Shown: positions 44,503-54,631 of the stretch, piece by piece
How the letters are laid out: every line of letters starts with the position of its first letter
How positions within the stretch are numbered: position 1 is the first letter of the stretch
DNA from: Moraxellaceae bacterium
Lineage (GTDB): Bacteria > Pseudomonadota > Gammaproteobacteria > Pseudomonadales > Moraxellaceae
Length of the DNA: 64,000 bases
Assembly: GCA_003543245.1 (NCBI GenBank)
Contig: DPJB01000007.1
Location: forward strand, 6,011 to 70,010
Direction: 5' to 3'
Made by a program: the position numbers and the translations under genes
Notes under the pieces: generated by a model
Database searches by the model: none
What the model was told of the DNA's origin: nothing
What the model saw: the letters and a program-made list of their open reading frames with translations, nothing else

Positions 44503-45039
44503 ATGCGCGAATGGACCATGCTTTTCCTGTTGGCCGTGATCGTGTTGCCGGCAGCATGGATTGATTTTCGTCAGCGTCGTATTCCAAATGAATTGTGTCT
44601 TGCCGGCATTCTGCTTGGCGTGATGTATCACCTGTTGACTGCCGGATTGACCGGTGCCGGATTTTCCCTGCTTTCTTTTCTGCTCGCATTCGCAGCGGGT
44701 TTTCCGCTCTGGTTGCTGGGGTGGATGGGTGCGGGTGATGTAAAGCTTGTTGCTGCGGTAGGCGCAATTGTCGGGATGAAGCTGCTACTTCCTGTTCTGG
44801 CGGGAGTTGCGATTGCCGGTGGTGCTGTTGCACTTGTTTATCTGGTTGTCTTGCGTCTTCAGGATGAGCCGCTGTATGTGATTGTGGCCTCATCGCTGGC
44901 ATCTCAAAAAAACGGGGGTCTGCAGACGCAGGCAGCCATTGATGGTGTACCTGAGCCGGTGGCAATGAAGAAAAAAGGCATTCCTTATGCAATACCTGTG
45001 GCACTTGGCAGTTTGGCGGCTATTGTTTATGTGAGTTGA
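44503..45039 (+). CDS. tadV: A24-family prepilin peptidase (TadV/CpaA)
   Basis: It is a polytopic membrane protein with WIDFRQRRIPNE and WMGAGDVKL (two catalytic Asp contexts). Confidence 0.85.
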   Translation: MREWTMLFLLAVIVLPAAWIDFRQRRIPNELCLAGILLGVMYHLLTAGLTGAGFSLLSFLLAFAAGFPLWLLGWMGAGDVKLVAAVGAIVGMKLLLPVLAGVAIAGGAVALVYLVVLRLQDEPLYVIVASSLASQKNGGLQTQAAIDGVPEPVAMKKKGIPYAIPVALGSLAAIVYVS

Positions 45040-45092
45040 TGCTGAGGCATGGCATTCGTATTTAATGGCGCGATTTTATCGAGGAGCGCGTG

Positions 45093-46028
45093 ATGCAGAT
45101 TAGAGCATTGATCATGCTGGCGGTGGCCCTGGTACTAGGGGGTATTACCGTATTTCTCGTCAACAACTTCCTGCAAAGTGAGGTTGGGGACCAGGGGCGG
45201 GTGCAGAAGTTGCGCACAGTGCCGGTTGTTGTGGCAGCACAGGATATCAAGTCAGGTACAAAGCTTGAGGCCGTGATGCTGACAGCTGTTGACTGGCCGT
45301 CTGAAACGGTGCCCGATGGCGTCTATGCGGATGTAGCAACCGTGATTGGTGAAAAGCCTCCTGTGCTGTTGCAGGAAACCAAGCGCGGTGAAGTCATCCT
45401 GCCGTACAAACTGTCTCCGCACGGTGCCCGTGGCGGGTTGCCGGCGCGTATTCCTGAAGACATGCGTGCAACCACCATCCCGGTTTCTGAAATCACCGGC
45501 GTGGCAGGTTTCATTGCGCCTGGCGATTTTGTGGATGTACTGCATACATCGGCAGTAGGACGCAGTGACGAGCTGCCGGTGACCAGGGTGCTCATGCAGA
45601 ACGTACAGGTGCTGGGTATCGACCAGATAAGCTCACAGGACGATGCCAAGCCAAAAATTGTGAATGCAGTGACGTTGCTTGTGAACCCGGAGTCTGGTCA
45701 GCGGCTGACACTGGCGCTGGCGACTGGCTCGCTCAGCTTGCTGCTGCGTAACGAGTTTGATGCATCGCTGCTTGCTACAAAAGATATTGCCTGGCGCCAG
45801 CTGGTGCCAGAAGAAGCGGTCGCCGTTGTAGAGCAGCCAAAGGTGGTCAGGCGCGAGCGTCGTGTCGTCACGATAATAAAGCAACAGGCACCAGCAACAG
45901 CACTTCCGGCAAAAACCTCAGATCGTGTTGAGGTAATTCGTGGGCTGAATGTCTCTCGACAGGATGTCCCCAGCACACCGGCAGCCAATGATGCGACGTC
46001 AGCAAAGCCTGACGAGGCAAAACCCTGA
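45093..46028 (+). CDS. cpaB: Flp pilus assembly protein CpaB/RcpC
   Basis: It has an N-terminal TM, a SAF-like segment VPVVVAAQDIKSGTKL, and an RcpC-type C-terminal region. Confidence 0.8.
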   Translation: MQIRALIMLAVALVLGGITVFLVNNFLQSEVGDQGRVQKLRTVPVVVAAQDIKSGTKLEAVMLTAVDWPSETVPDGVYADVATVIGEKPPVLLQETKRGEVILPYKLSPHGARGGLPARIPEDMRATTIPVSEITGVAGFIAPGDFVDVLHTSAVGRSDELPVTRVLMQNVQVLGIDQISSQDDAKPKIVNAVTLLVNPESGQRLTLALATGSLSLLLRNEFDASLLATKDIAWRQLVPEEAVAVVEQPKVVRRERRVVTIIKQQAPATALPAKTSDRVEVIRGLNVSRQDVPSTPAANDATSAKPDEAKP

Positions 46029-46042
46029 GTACTGGAGAGATC

Positions 46043-47509
46043 ATGAACAAGTGCATGAAGCTGCACGCCCTCGGGGCGGCCATATTGGCATCGTTGCTGG
46101 TAGCAGGGCCGGTGCAGGAGTCTTTTGCTGCGGATACAGATACCGTGGCGCTGGAATTTGGTGAGCGCAAGCCAACAGACCTTCGTCTGGCCATTGGCCA
46201 GTCACAGATCATCCAGTCCAGCGTTCCACTGGAGCAGGTGGTTATCGGTAGCCCGGATGTCGCGGATATCAAGTTGTTGTCATCCCGCCGCGTACTCATT
46301 CTGGGCATCAAGCCGGGGCGCACGAATCTGGTTTTTCGCCAGAAAGACGGTGATCTGGTTGCGATCATGAATGTCAGCGTGGGTTACGACCTGAGTGGTA
46401 TCAAGTACAAGCTTCATGAGCTGATGCCACACGAGCCGGCAATGGAGGTACGTGACACCAATGACCGTGTCATCCTGTCCGGAGAAGTGTCCAGCACGCT
46501 CTCAATGGACAAGGCACTGTCTGTGGCGCGGAGCTTTGTGCCGGCAGAAAAAGTGACCAACCTCCTGCAAGTGGCAGGTGGCCAGCAGGTCATGCTTGAG
46601 GCCCGCATTGCCGAAGTCTCGCGCACCTCCATGAAAGAGCTCGGTATCCAGGCACAATATCTGGATGGTTCGGGGAATTTCGGTGTGGTGATTGGCAAGC
46701 CGCTGGTTGGTTCCTTCGGCACCATCAGTCCGCCAAACTTCAGCTCTGCCAGCACCCTGAACCCGGTCAGCAGTCTGCTGATTCCGCCCAATTCGTTGCG
46801 TGTAAGCCTGCAGGCGCTGGAAGAAAAAGGGCTTGCCAAGACACTGGCTGAGCCCAATCTCGTCGCTCTGTCAGGTCAGGAAGCCAACTTCCTTGCGGGT
46901 GGTGAGTATCCAATTCCGGTTAATCAGGATGATACCGGTAACGTCACGGTTGATTACAAGACATTTGGTGTCGGACTTCGCTTCACACCAACCGTCCTGA
47001 ACAGTGACAAGATCAACCTGAAGCTGCTGTCGGAAGTGTCGGAAGTGGATGCCATCAATTCGTTCACGGTCAATGATCTCAGATTGCCGTCATTCTCTAC
47101 TCGCCGCGCAGGAACAACGGTTGAGCTGGCAGATGGCCAAAGTTTTGCGATTGCCGGCCTGATGACGAACAGTATGGACAATGCCATTTCGCAGTTTCCG
47201 ATTCTTGGCAACATACCCATTATTGGTGCGCTGTTCCGCTCATCAAAATACCAGCGCAACGAGTCTGAGCTGGTCATAGTTGTCACGGCACGTCTTGTCG
47301 GGCCGGTGAACAAAGGGCGTCTTGCGTTGCCAACAGACGTGATCATGCCACCAAACGATGTTGACCAGTATCTGCTCGGGCGACTGCACGGGAAGGATGT
47401 CAAACGGCCAGAGTCGTCATCAACGAGTACCAATGGCGCAACTACTGGTGGGGTGGAAGGTGTATTCGGGCATCAGCTGAGCCAGGAGAATGGCAATGTC
47501 AAACGTTAA
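46043..47509 (+). CDS. cpaC: Tad secretin CpaC/RcpA
   Basis: It has a signal peptide, a BON/T2SS-N-like region and the secretin core LAEPNLVALSGQEANFLAGGEYPIP...IPIIGALFRSS. Confidence 0.88.
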   Translation: MNKCMKLHALGAAILASLLVAGPVQESFAADTDTVALEFGERKPTDLRLAIGQSQIIQSSVPLEQVVIGSPDVADIKLLSSRRVLILGIKPGRTNLVFRQKDGDLVAIMNVSVGYDLSGIKYKLHELMPHEPAMEVRDTNDRVILSGEVSSTLSMDKALSVARSFVPAEKVTNLLQVAGGQQVMLEARIAEVSRTSMKELGIQAQYLDGSGNFGVVIGKPLVGSFGTISPPNFSSASTLNPVSSLLIPPNSLRVSLQALEEKGLAKTLAEPNLVALSGQEANFLAGGEYPIPVNQDDTGNVTVDYKTFGVGLRFTPTVLNSDKINLKLLSEVSEVDAINSFTVNDLRLPSFSTRRAGTTVELADGQSFAIAGLMTNSMDNAISQFPILGNIPIIGALFRSSKYQRNESELVIVVTARLVGPVNKGRLALPTDVIMPPNDVDQYLLGRLHGKDVKRPESSSTSTNGATTGGVEGVFGHQLSQENGNVKR

Positions 47510-47762
47510 GGTTTTGCTCGTAGCAGGTGCTGCCATGCTGATGACGGCTTGTGGTGCTACGCCGTCCATGTCAAAGGACCTGGGTGTCAGCGTCGGAATA
47601 AATACGGCAAGTCAGATGATTGATCCAAAAGCTTCGTCACGGGATCTTGTTCCGCCAACGCTGGATGGAATCAAGGCGGAAAAGGCGATGGATCGTTATC
47701 GCAAGGATCGCCCAGAGGAGAGCCGTGCAAAGCTGGTCGAGAATCTGGGTAGCAGCAATTAA
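47496..47762 (+). CDS. small Tad-associated lipoprotein
   Basis: The lipobox is AAMLMTAC|G. Its position after the secretin fits a Tad accessory gene. The family is not recognised. Confidence 0.55.
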   Translation: MSNVKVLLVAGAAMLMTACGATPSMSKDLGVSVGINTASQMIDPKASSRDLVPPTLDGIKAEKAMDRYRKDRPEESRAKLVENLGSSN

Positions 47763-47773
47763 GGGGGTGTGTC

Positions 47774-49165
47774 GTGATGCTGCAAGTGCGTCGTCAACGT
47801 GGTGCCATACTGATCATGACAGCAATATTTGTTGTCGTGCTGATCGTGGTGGCGGCATTGGCTATGGATATCGGACGCCTTGTAGTGTTGCGCAGTCAGC
47901 TTCAGAATGCTGCCGACTCCGCGGCGATTGCCGCAGCGGTAGAGCTTGATGGTGAAGATGGTGCGCGCGAGCGGGCTATGGCAGCCGCTCGCGAGGCCAT
48001 CAGGCACGATAAAAGCTTTGCGCGCATTCAGGATCTGCTGGGGGCGGGTGGGTTACCGGATGAGGCATTCAGCTTCTATTGTGTGGTTGGTGCTGAATAC
48101 GATGTTGATCCCGATGATGTCACTGATTTTGGTATTTACTGTAATGGCGCTGATGACGGTTCCGGAAAGTATGTAGCCAGTACGGATGCAGAGTCGCATT
48201 ACGTACGTGTTGATCTTGACCCGGCCAAAGCCGCAGGCCGCTTTACACTCGATCTTTTTTTCCTGCCGGTGCTCAAGCTGTTTGCGCCGGCTACGGCAAC
48301 CGAGGCTGCAGTCCGTGCCATGGCGGTTGCAGGAAAACACTCCATTCAGTGCAATTATCCTCCAATGGCGGTATGTGATCCGTTCGAGGGGCAGGGCAAG
48401 ACATTCAAGAATGACATGCCTGTCGGGACGACCATTGTCCTGCGCGACCAGGGTGCTGGTAATGGCAACTGGGCACCTGGAAATGCCGGGTTCCTGATGA
48501 GTATCGCCGGCGAAACTGGCGCAGATGCAACTGCAGACTCTCTGGCATTTCCGGATGATGATGGCTGCTCGCCGAGAAGTGTTACGTCCGAGCCGGGGCA
48601 GATGACCCAGAAAACCACGTCAGCCATCAATACCCGGTTTGACATGTATGACTCGCACTTCAAGGCGAACCAGTGGCAGAAATGGCCCCCGGCACCAAAC
48701 GTTTATGAGTATGAAGATGCAGCATCGCCAGTGGCAGTGCCTGGTCTTGATGTTGCCCGTTTCAGGCAGCCAGACTGGAATTATGCCGCTTGGCAGGCTG
48801 CCCAGATTGCCATGTATGGAGCCCTGACCAATGTTCCTCCCGAGTGGGCGGCGAAGCAGCCTCGCATGTGGGATGTCTATCAGTGGGAGATTGCCAATAA
48901 CCGGATTCTCAAGAAGCCCGTCAACGCGCATACCCCTGCGGGTTCGGCAGAGCGCCGTGTGTTTGCTGTTGCTGTTCTCAGTTGCCAGGCCTTGGGCGTA
49001 AAGGGGCGAGTCACAGTTCCGGTCAATAGCCCGGATGGTTTTGCCAAGATATTCATCTACAAGCAGGCAAAGGGGCCATCCGGAGCAGAGATTTACGGTG
49101 AATATGTCGGTTGGTTTGGTGAAGGAGAGGCAAACTACCATGTCGAAGTCCAGCTCTACGAATGA
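47774..49165 (+). CDS. tadG: TadG-like pilus assembly protein (TadE/G-like N-terminus)
   Basis: The N-terminal segment is QRGAILIMTAIFVVVLIVVAALAMDIGRLVVLRSQLQNAADSAAIAAA. Confidence 0.75.
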   Translation: MMLQVRRQRGAILIMTAIFVVVLIVVAALAMDIGRLVVLRSQLQNAADSAAIAAAVELDGEDGARERAMAAAREAIRHDKSFARIQDLLGAGGLPDEAFSFYCVVGAEYDVDPDDVTDFGIYCNGADDGSGKYVASTDAESHYVRVDLDPAKAAGRFTLDLFFLPVLKLFAPATATEAAVRAMAVAGKHSIQCNYPPMAVCDPFEGQGKTFKNDMPVGTTIVLRDQGAGNGNWAPGNAGFLMSIAGETGADATADSLAFPDDDGCSPRSVTSEPGQMTQKTTSAINTRFDMYDSHFKANQWQKWPPAPNVYEYEDAASPVAVPGLDVARFRQPDWNYAAWQAAQIAMYGALTNVPPEWAAKQPRMWDVYQWEIANNRILKKPVNAHTPAGSAERRVFAVAVLSCQALGVKGRVTVPVNSPDGFAKIFIYKQAKGPSGAEIYGEYVGWFGEGEANYHVEVQLYE

Positions 49166-49628
49166 GCAGGGCGTGGCGATGGTCGAGTTTGCGATCATCC
49201 TTCCCTTGTTGCTGTTCATTTTCCTGGGTATTGCCGAGTTGGGGCGCGCACTGCATTTTCAGCACCGGTTAACGAATGCCGTAGAAGCGGGTGCCCGCTA
49301 TGCCGCCCGGGCAACAGGGGCTGTAGATGAAACTGATTGCTCGCCAACTGCAGGATGGGCTGCTGTTGAATCAGCAACACGTCAGATGGTGACTTACGGG
49401 CAGATGGATGTGGCAGCAAAACCTCTTGTGCCTGGTCTGGACGTCAATGCTGTCGATGTCAGTATCGCAGTACGCAGTGCGACTGGCGTGACGGATCCTG
49501 TTTGCGTGGTGAAAGTATTTGCAACCGTAAAATACGAAGGACTGTTTGGCGTACAGCTTATTCCTCTGCTGAACATAGATCAGCCGACCCTCGGGGCGAC
49601 AAGTGAGGAGCGTTATGTTGGTGAATAA
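49140..49628 (+). CDS. TadE-like pseudopilin
   Basis: The TadE motif is EQGVAMVEFAIILPLLLFIFLGIAELGRAL. It overlaps the tadG 3' end. Confidence 0.75.
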   Translation: MSKSSSTNEQGVAMVEFAIILPLLLFIFLGIAELGRALHFQHRLTNAVEAGARYAARATGAVDETDCSPTAGWAAVESATRQMVTYGQMDVAAKPLVPGLDVNAVDVSIAVRSATGVTDPVCVVKVFATVKYEGLFGVQLIPLLNIDQPTLGATSEERYVGE

Positions 49629-50121
49629 TCAGAAGAATCAATCTGGCGCTGCCATGGTCGAGATGGCACTGGCACTAACGATTTTCATGATGATTGTGAT
49701 CGCCATTTTCGAATTTGCCATGGCAACATTTGCCTGGCACAGGGCTTCTGAGGGTGCGAGGCAAGGATTGCGTAAAGCAATTGTGTCATCGCCCGCCACG
49801 GGAAGTGCGCTTGCATTGACTTGCCCAGGTGGAATGCCGGTTATTGTGACGTGTACGACGGCGGCATGTCAGCCAACACTTAATGCCATTCAGCGTGTGG
49901 CGCCATTTGTGCAGGGGGATCAGGTAACGGTGACCTATGCATGCTCTGATGCGGGGAATCCTGAGCGGCCTGCAGCGCTTGCCATACCGGAGGTGGTTCT
50001 TGAAATAAAGGGACTGGCGTATACCTTTGCCATCCCCGGGGTTATCGGACTTGGTACCACCATGCAGCTTCCCGATGTGAAGGTTTCGCGAACTGGCGAA
50101 GATCTTTTTACATCAAATTGA
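49615..50121 (+). CDS. TadE/TadF-like pseudopilin
   Basis: A GAGGAG RBS precedes ATG 49615. The motif is QSGAAMVEMALALTIFMMIVIAIFEFAMA. Confidence 0.7.
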   Translation: MLVNNQKNQSGAAMVEMALALTIFMMIVIAIFEFAMATFAWHRASEGARQGLRKAIVSSPATGSALALTCPGGMPVIVTCTTAACQPTLNAIQRVAPFVQGDQVTVTYACSDAGNPERPAALAIPEVVLEIKGLAYTFAIPGVIGLGTTMQLPDVKVSRTGEDLFTSN

Positions 50122-50153
50122 TGAATAAAACGCCCATTTTGTAAGGACGTATC

Positions 50154-51365
50154 ATGCAGACGACATTGAATATTCTGGCACTTACCCATTCTGACAAGAC
50201 CAGCAAGGATATTTCGGCCTTTCTGGATGGTGTGGATGGCGTTGTGGCGAACGTACAGCTTCAGGAGGGGGGTATTGTTCTTCCCGGTGAAGATGGATTA
50301 CCTGACGTGCTTCTTTATGAAGTGGTCGATCCATCGTCAGCTGAGCTGGTCCTGCTTGAAAACTTTGTTGCAGCAACCAGGGGAAAGACGATTGTTCTGG
50401 CGATTGGTCGTTCCTCGGATACCGATCTTCTACGGCGACTCATGCGTGCAGGCGTCAGGGATGTCATTCCAAGCCCGCTGGTGCGACAGGAGCTTGTGAC
50501 GACATGCACCCAGTTGCTGTCTGACAAGCGTATCAAGATGGAGGATGCCAATGGTGCCATTCATGCTGTATGCGCCTTCATGGATGCCAAGGGCGGAATC
50601 GGTGGTACAACAATTGCCGTAAATGTTGCTGCCGTGCTTGCTCATGACCGCAAGGTAAAAACATGCCTTATTGATTTTGACATCGGCTTTGGTTCCTGTG
50701 CCCATATGCTGGATCTCAAGCCAACCAGTTTTGTGACGGATGCCATTCAGCAGGCTGATCGGCTTGATGTGGTTTTCCTCAAGGCGCTGATGACGGAGCA
50801 TGATTCCGGTCTGCATGTGCTGGCATCGCCGGCCAATCCGGCTTCTGCGGCTGATCAGCTGAGGCCCGAGGTAGTCCAGAAGATTATCGGGTTGGCGGCG
50901 GAAATATATGATGTGGTGATTGTGGATGTTCCGCGTATCACGGCGCCGTGGGCGATGGAGGCGTTACGTGTCTCAAGTCGTGGTTTTGTGGTCATGCAAA
51001 ATACGCTGGCGGTCATTCGCGATGTAAAAATCCTGCTTGACTACATGCCCCATGTCGGTATCGACATGCACAAGATAGAGCTGATCAATAACCGTGCCAT
51101 GGCCAAGTCTCAAAGTGTATCGATTGAGCAGCTCAAGCAGACTCTTGGTAGAGATCGCATTCATCGTGTGAGGAACGACTATCACTCGGCGCTGGCGGCT
51201 GCAGACCAGGGAATTCCTGTTTACAAGGTGGAGTCAGGTGGGGAGTTGCTGGAGGATGTCCGGCATCTTGCCAATTCAATCTGGCAAACACATGAGCCTG
51301 TGGCCAGCGGGCGCTCCAGTTTCCTGGCCCGCCTTTTCAATCATCGCAAAGCCACACCGAACTGA
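50154..51365 (+). CDS. tadZ: TadZ/CpaE (receiver-like N-terminus + ParA/MinD-like ATPase domain)
   Basis: The deviant Walker region is AFMDAKGGIGGTTIAVNVAA. The architecture is typical of CpaE. Confidence 0.8.
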   Translation: MQTTLNILALTHSDKTSKDISAFLDGVDGVVANVQLQEGGIVLPGEDGLPDVLLYEVVDPSSAELVLLENFVAATRGKTIVLAIGRSSDTDLLRRLMRAGVRDVIPSPLVRQELVTTCTQLLSDKRIKMEDANGAIHAVCAFMDAKGGIGGTTIAVNVAAVLAHDRKVKTCLIDFDIGFGSCAHMLDLKPTSFVTDAIQQADRLDVVFLKALMTEHDSGLHVLASPANPASAADQLRPEVVQKIIGLAAEIYDVVIVDVPRITAPWAMEALRVSSRGFVVMQNTLAVIRDVKILLDYMPHVGIDMHKIELINNRAMAKSQSVSIEQLKQTLGRDRIHRVRNDYHSALAAADQGIPVYKVESGGELLEDVRHLANSIWQTHEPVASGRSSFLARLFNHRKATPN

Positions 51366-51383
51366 TTCGAGGGAGTTCCTGTC

Positions 51384-52679
51384 ATGCCACAGTCTTTTGC
51401 TGCGCCAATGGATCTGCAGGTTCTCAAGGGAAGGATTCATCGTCAGGTGATGGAGCAGATGAATCTCCGGATTCTGGATCAGTTGCCAATTGAACAGGTA
51501 CGGCAGCAGATCGGTAATCTGGTCAGGGAAATGCTGGTTAAAGAAGATTTGCCGCTCAACCAGCATGAGCGAGACCAGATATCCCAGGAAGTCCAGGATG
51601 AAATTCTCGGGTATGGCCCGATTGAGCCCCTGCTGAGGGATCCGACGGTTTCCGATATTCTGGTTAATACTGCAAAGCGGGTTTATGTAGAGAGAAAGGG
51701 CAAGCTGGAAAAGACAGATGTCATTTTTCAGAATAATGACCATCTTCAGCGAATCATCGAGAAGATTGCGACATCAGTTGGCCGTCGTATCGATGAGTCG
51801 TCACCTATGGTGGATGCGCGTCTGCCCGATGGCTCTCGTGTAAATGCCATTATTCCCCCGTTGTCCATTGATGGTCCGGTGCTGTCCATTCGAAAGTTCA
51901 GTGTCGATCCGCTGACGATGCGTGATCTTCTTAATTTCAAGTCCATTGCGCCCCCCATGGCCGAATTTCTAGCGGCAGCAGTGAAGGCGCGCATGAATAT
52001 TCTCATATCAGGGGGTACGGGCTCTGGTAAAACCACGTTGCTGAACGTGATATCCGGAAATATTCCGGATAACGAGCGAATCATCTCGATTGAAGACAGT
52101 GCGGAACTGCAGCTACAGCAGCCACATGTGGTGCGTCTTGAAACCCGTCCGCCCAATATTGAAGGGGTCGGTGAGGTCAAGCAGCGCGATCTGGTCAGGA
52201 ATGCGCTGCGCATGCGCCCGGACCGCATTATCGTGGGTGAGGTTCGTGGTGCGGAGGCGCTTGACATGTTGCAGGCCATGAATACCGGTCATGATGGGTC
52301 ATTGACAACAATTCATGCCAATACTTCGCGCGATGCACTGACTCGTCTTGAGCACATGGTCGGTATGAGCGGCATGACGCTGGCAACTGCGGTTATCAGA
52401 CAGCAGGTTGCTGCAGCCATTAACCTGATTATCCAGTCAGAGCGCATGTCGGACGGTCGTCGTATAATTTCCAGTATCCAGGAGATTACCGGCATGGAAG
52501 AGACTGTGGTCAACATGCAGGAAATTTTCAGCTTTGTTCGCAAGGGTGTGGATGAGCGAGGCAAGGTTATTGGCGAGTTTCGCGCATCAGGTATAAGGCC
52601 GCGCATGCTGAAGCGCTTTCAGGAACGAGGCATCCTGATTGATGAGAACTGCTTTGATCCTGACAAGGTCTATCTGTGA
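51384..52679 (+). CDS. tadA: Tad secretion ATPase TadA/CpaF
   Basis: Walker A is SGGTGSGKTT, Walker B is IIVGEVRG, and the His box is TGHDGSLTTIHAN. Confidence 0.9.
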   Translation: MPQSFAAPMDLQVLKGRIHRQVMEQMNLRILDQLPIEQVRQQIGNLVREMLVKEDLPLNQHERDQISQEVQDEILGYGPIEPLLRDPTVSDILVNTAKRVYVERKGKLEKTDVIFQNNDHLQRIIEKIATSVGRRIDESSPMVDARLPDGSRVNAIIPPLSIDGPVLSIRKFSVDPLTMRDLLNFKSIAPPMAEFLAAAVKARMNILISGGTGSGKTTLLNVISGNIPDNERIISIEDSAELQLQQPHVVRLETRPPNIEGVGEVKQRDLVRNALRMRPDRIIVGEVRGAEALDMLQAMNTGHDGSLTTIHANTSRDALTRLEHMVGMSGMTLATAVIRQQVAAAINLIIQSERMSDGRRIISSIQEITGMEETVVNMQEIFSFVRKGVDERGKVIGEFRASGIRPRMLKRFQERGILIDENCFDPDKVYL

Positions 52680-52692
52680 CGGGGCGTGATCG

Positions 52693-53679
52693 ATGAATAC
52701 GTGGACGATCTACCTCATCTCGTTTGTGGCATTTGTGGCAGCGCTTGCGCTGGTGCAAGGTCTTTACATGCTCTGGCAGAGCCTCAATGTTGAACGTACC
52801 GTACGTGTCAATCGCCGTTTGAGGTCGCTGTCTGCGGGTGGCGTTAACCGTGAGCAGGCACTTGATCTGCTTCGGCAACGTGCATTCAGTGATATGCCTG
52901 CACTTAACCGGCTGCTTGTGCGAATTCCTCGAATGCATGCCGTGGACAGGATGCTCGAGCAGGCTGGCATGGATATCACGGTATCAAGGTACATGCTCAT
53001 CCAGTTTATTCTCAGCATGATTCTGCTGGTTGTGCTGTTGCTCTTTACGCCAGGAAATCCTTTTGTTGTTGTGCCGGTCGCACTGATTACCGGATTCTTC
53101 GTGCCCTATCTCTATGTGATGCGTGAGCGTCGTAAGCGCCTTGATTTGCTGAGTTCCCAGTTGCCGGATGCCATGGATTTCCTGGCTCGGTCGATGCGCG
53201 CAGGTAATCCGTTCACCGCATCGCTTCGGAATGCGGCGGATCAGCTGCATGAGCCTATTGCCAGCGAGTTCAGGACGACGTTTGAGGAAATGAATTTCGG
53301 TCTGGATGTCGAGCGTGCAATGATTGATCTTGGTGCCCGTGTGGGTAATGACGAGCTTCAGTATTTCATTACGGCAGTGCTTATCCAGCGCACCACTGGT
53401 GGCAATCTTGCCGAGGTCCTGAATCGTATTGCCAATGTCATGCGCTCGCGTGAAACCACGCGGCGAGAAGTCAGGATTCTTGCGGCAGAAATGAAATATT
53501 CCGCAAATGTTCTTATCGCATTGCCCTTTGTGGTTGCAGGTGCACTGACCATTACCAACCCGTCATATCTTGCGACTTTGTTCGAGAGTGAGCTTGGTCT
53601 GGTTATTATCGGGATTCAGCTGCTGCTGATGGCCACAGGTTTTGCAGTGGTTCAGAAGATGGTGGATATTCGCGTATGA
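52693..53679 (+). CDS. tadB: Tad inner-membrane platform protein TadB
   Basis: It has the T2SSF-like domain LPDAMDFLARSMRAGNPF and terminal TM helices. Confidence 0.8.
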   Translation: MNTWTIYLISFVAFVAALALVQGLYMLWQSLNVERTVRVNRRLRSLSAGGVNREQALDLLRQRAFSDMPALNRLLVRIPRMHAVDRMLEQAGMDITVSRYMLIQFILSMILLVVLLLFTPGNPFVVVPVALITGFFVPYLYVMRERRKRLDLLSSQLPDAMDFLARSMRAGNPFTASLRNAADQLHEPIASEFRTTFEEMNFGLDVERAMIDLGARVGNDELQYFITAVLIQRTTGGNLAEVLNRIANVMRSRETTRREVRILAAEMKYSANVLIALPFVVAGALTITNPSYLATLFESELGLVIIGIQLLLMATGFAVVQKMVDIRV

Positions 53680-53689
53680 GGATTTCAGC

Positions 53690-54631
53690 ATGACCATCAA
53701 TCTTGGTCTGATTCTTCTTCTGGTATTTGTGACCACTGTTTTCATCATCATGGGTGCGTCACACTGGCTTTTCGGAACGTTCTCACCGCTGCGGCGCAGG
53801 TTGCGCGAGATCGCCGATCCAAAGGTTCAGCACACGCAGACAGGCACTCGTGAGGGGGCGTTCACGGTTCATTTCATCGAGCCTGTTGCAAAGGTCATGT
53901 TGCCGGCCGAGGACTGGCGCAAGTCGCGCCTGAAAAGTCGTCTGGTACAGGCGGGTTTCCGTCAGCCAAAGGCTGTGTCCTGGTTTCTGGCAGCCAAACT
54001 GATTGCTGCATTTGTTTTGCCCATGCTGGTTGTTTTGCCCTTGTTGCTGATGGGCATGCTGGGTGAGAAAGCGGCGATTGGGGTTGCCTTGCTGAGCGTG
54101 GCCGGGCTGATCGGGTTCTTTGGGCCGGATATTTTTCTGCAGCATCGTATAGAGCAGCGCCAGAATACGATCGCTTCCTCATTTCCTGATGCGCTGGACA
54201 TGCTCGTGGTGTGCGTCGAGGCGGGGCTTGGCCTTGATGCAGCCATCAACCGCATTGCCAGCGAACTGGGGCATGCTCATCCGCTGATTGCCGAAGAGTT
54301 ACAGTTGGTGTCACTGGAGTTGCGTGCCGGCAAACAGCGTGAAGCGGCGTTGCGCGGATTGTCTGATCGTACCGCTGTTGAAGAAATCAGTGCCCTGACC
54401 AGTATTCTGGTCCAGTCCGAGCAGTTTGGTACCAGTATTGCCAGTGCACTGCGTGAGCATGCCGATGGCATGCGGCTGGTGCGTATCCAGAATGCTCGCG
54501 AGAAGGCGGCCAAGCTGCCTGTGAAGCTGATCTTCCCGATCATGTTGTTCATCTTTCCGGCACTTTTTCTTGTTATCCTTGGCCCGGCGTTCATTCGCAT
54601 CTTTTATGGCTTTATCAGGATGGGTCAGTGA
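53690..54631 (+). CDS. tadC: Tad inner-membrane platform protein TadC
   Basis: I chose ATG 53690. It has the T2SSF-like domain FPDALDMLVVCVEAGLGLDAAI. Confidence 0.8.
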   Translation: MTINLGLILLLVFVTTVFIIMGASHWLFGTFSPLRRRLREIADPKVQHTQTGTREGAFTVHFIEPVAKVMLPAEDWRKSRLKSRLVQAGFRQPKAVSWFLAAKLIAAFVLPMLVVLPLLLMGMLGEKAAIGVALLSVAGLIGFFGPDIFLQHRIEQRQNTIASSFPDALDMLVVCVEAGLGLDAAINRIASELGHAHPLIAEELQLVSLELRAGKQREAALRGLSDRTAVEEISALTSILVQSEQFGTSIASALREHADGMRLVRIQNAREKAAKLPVKLIFPIMLFIFPALFLVILGPAFIRIFYGFIRMGQ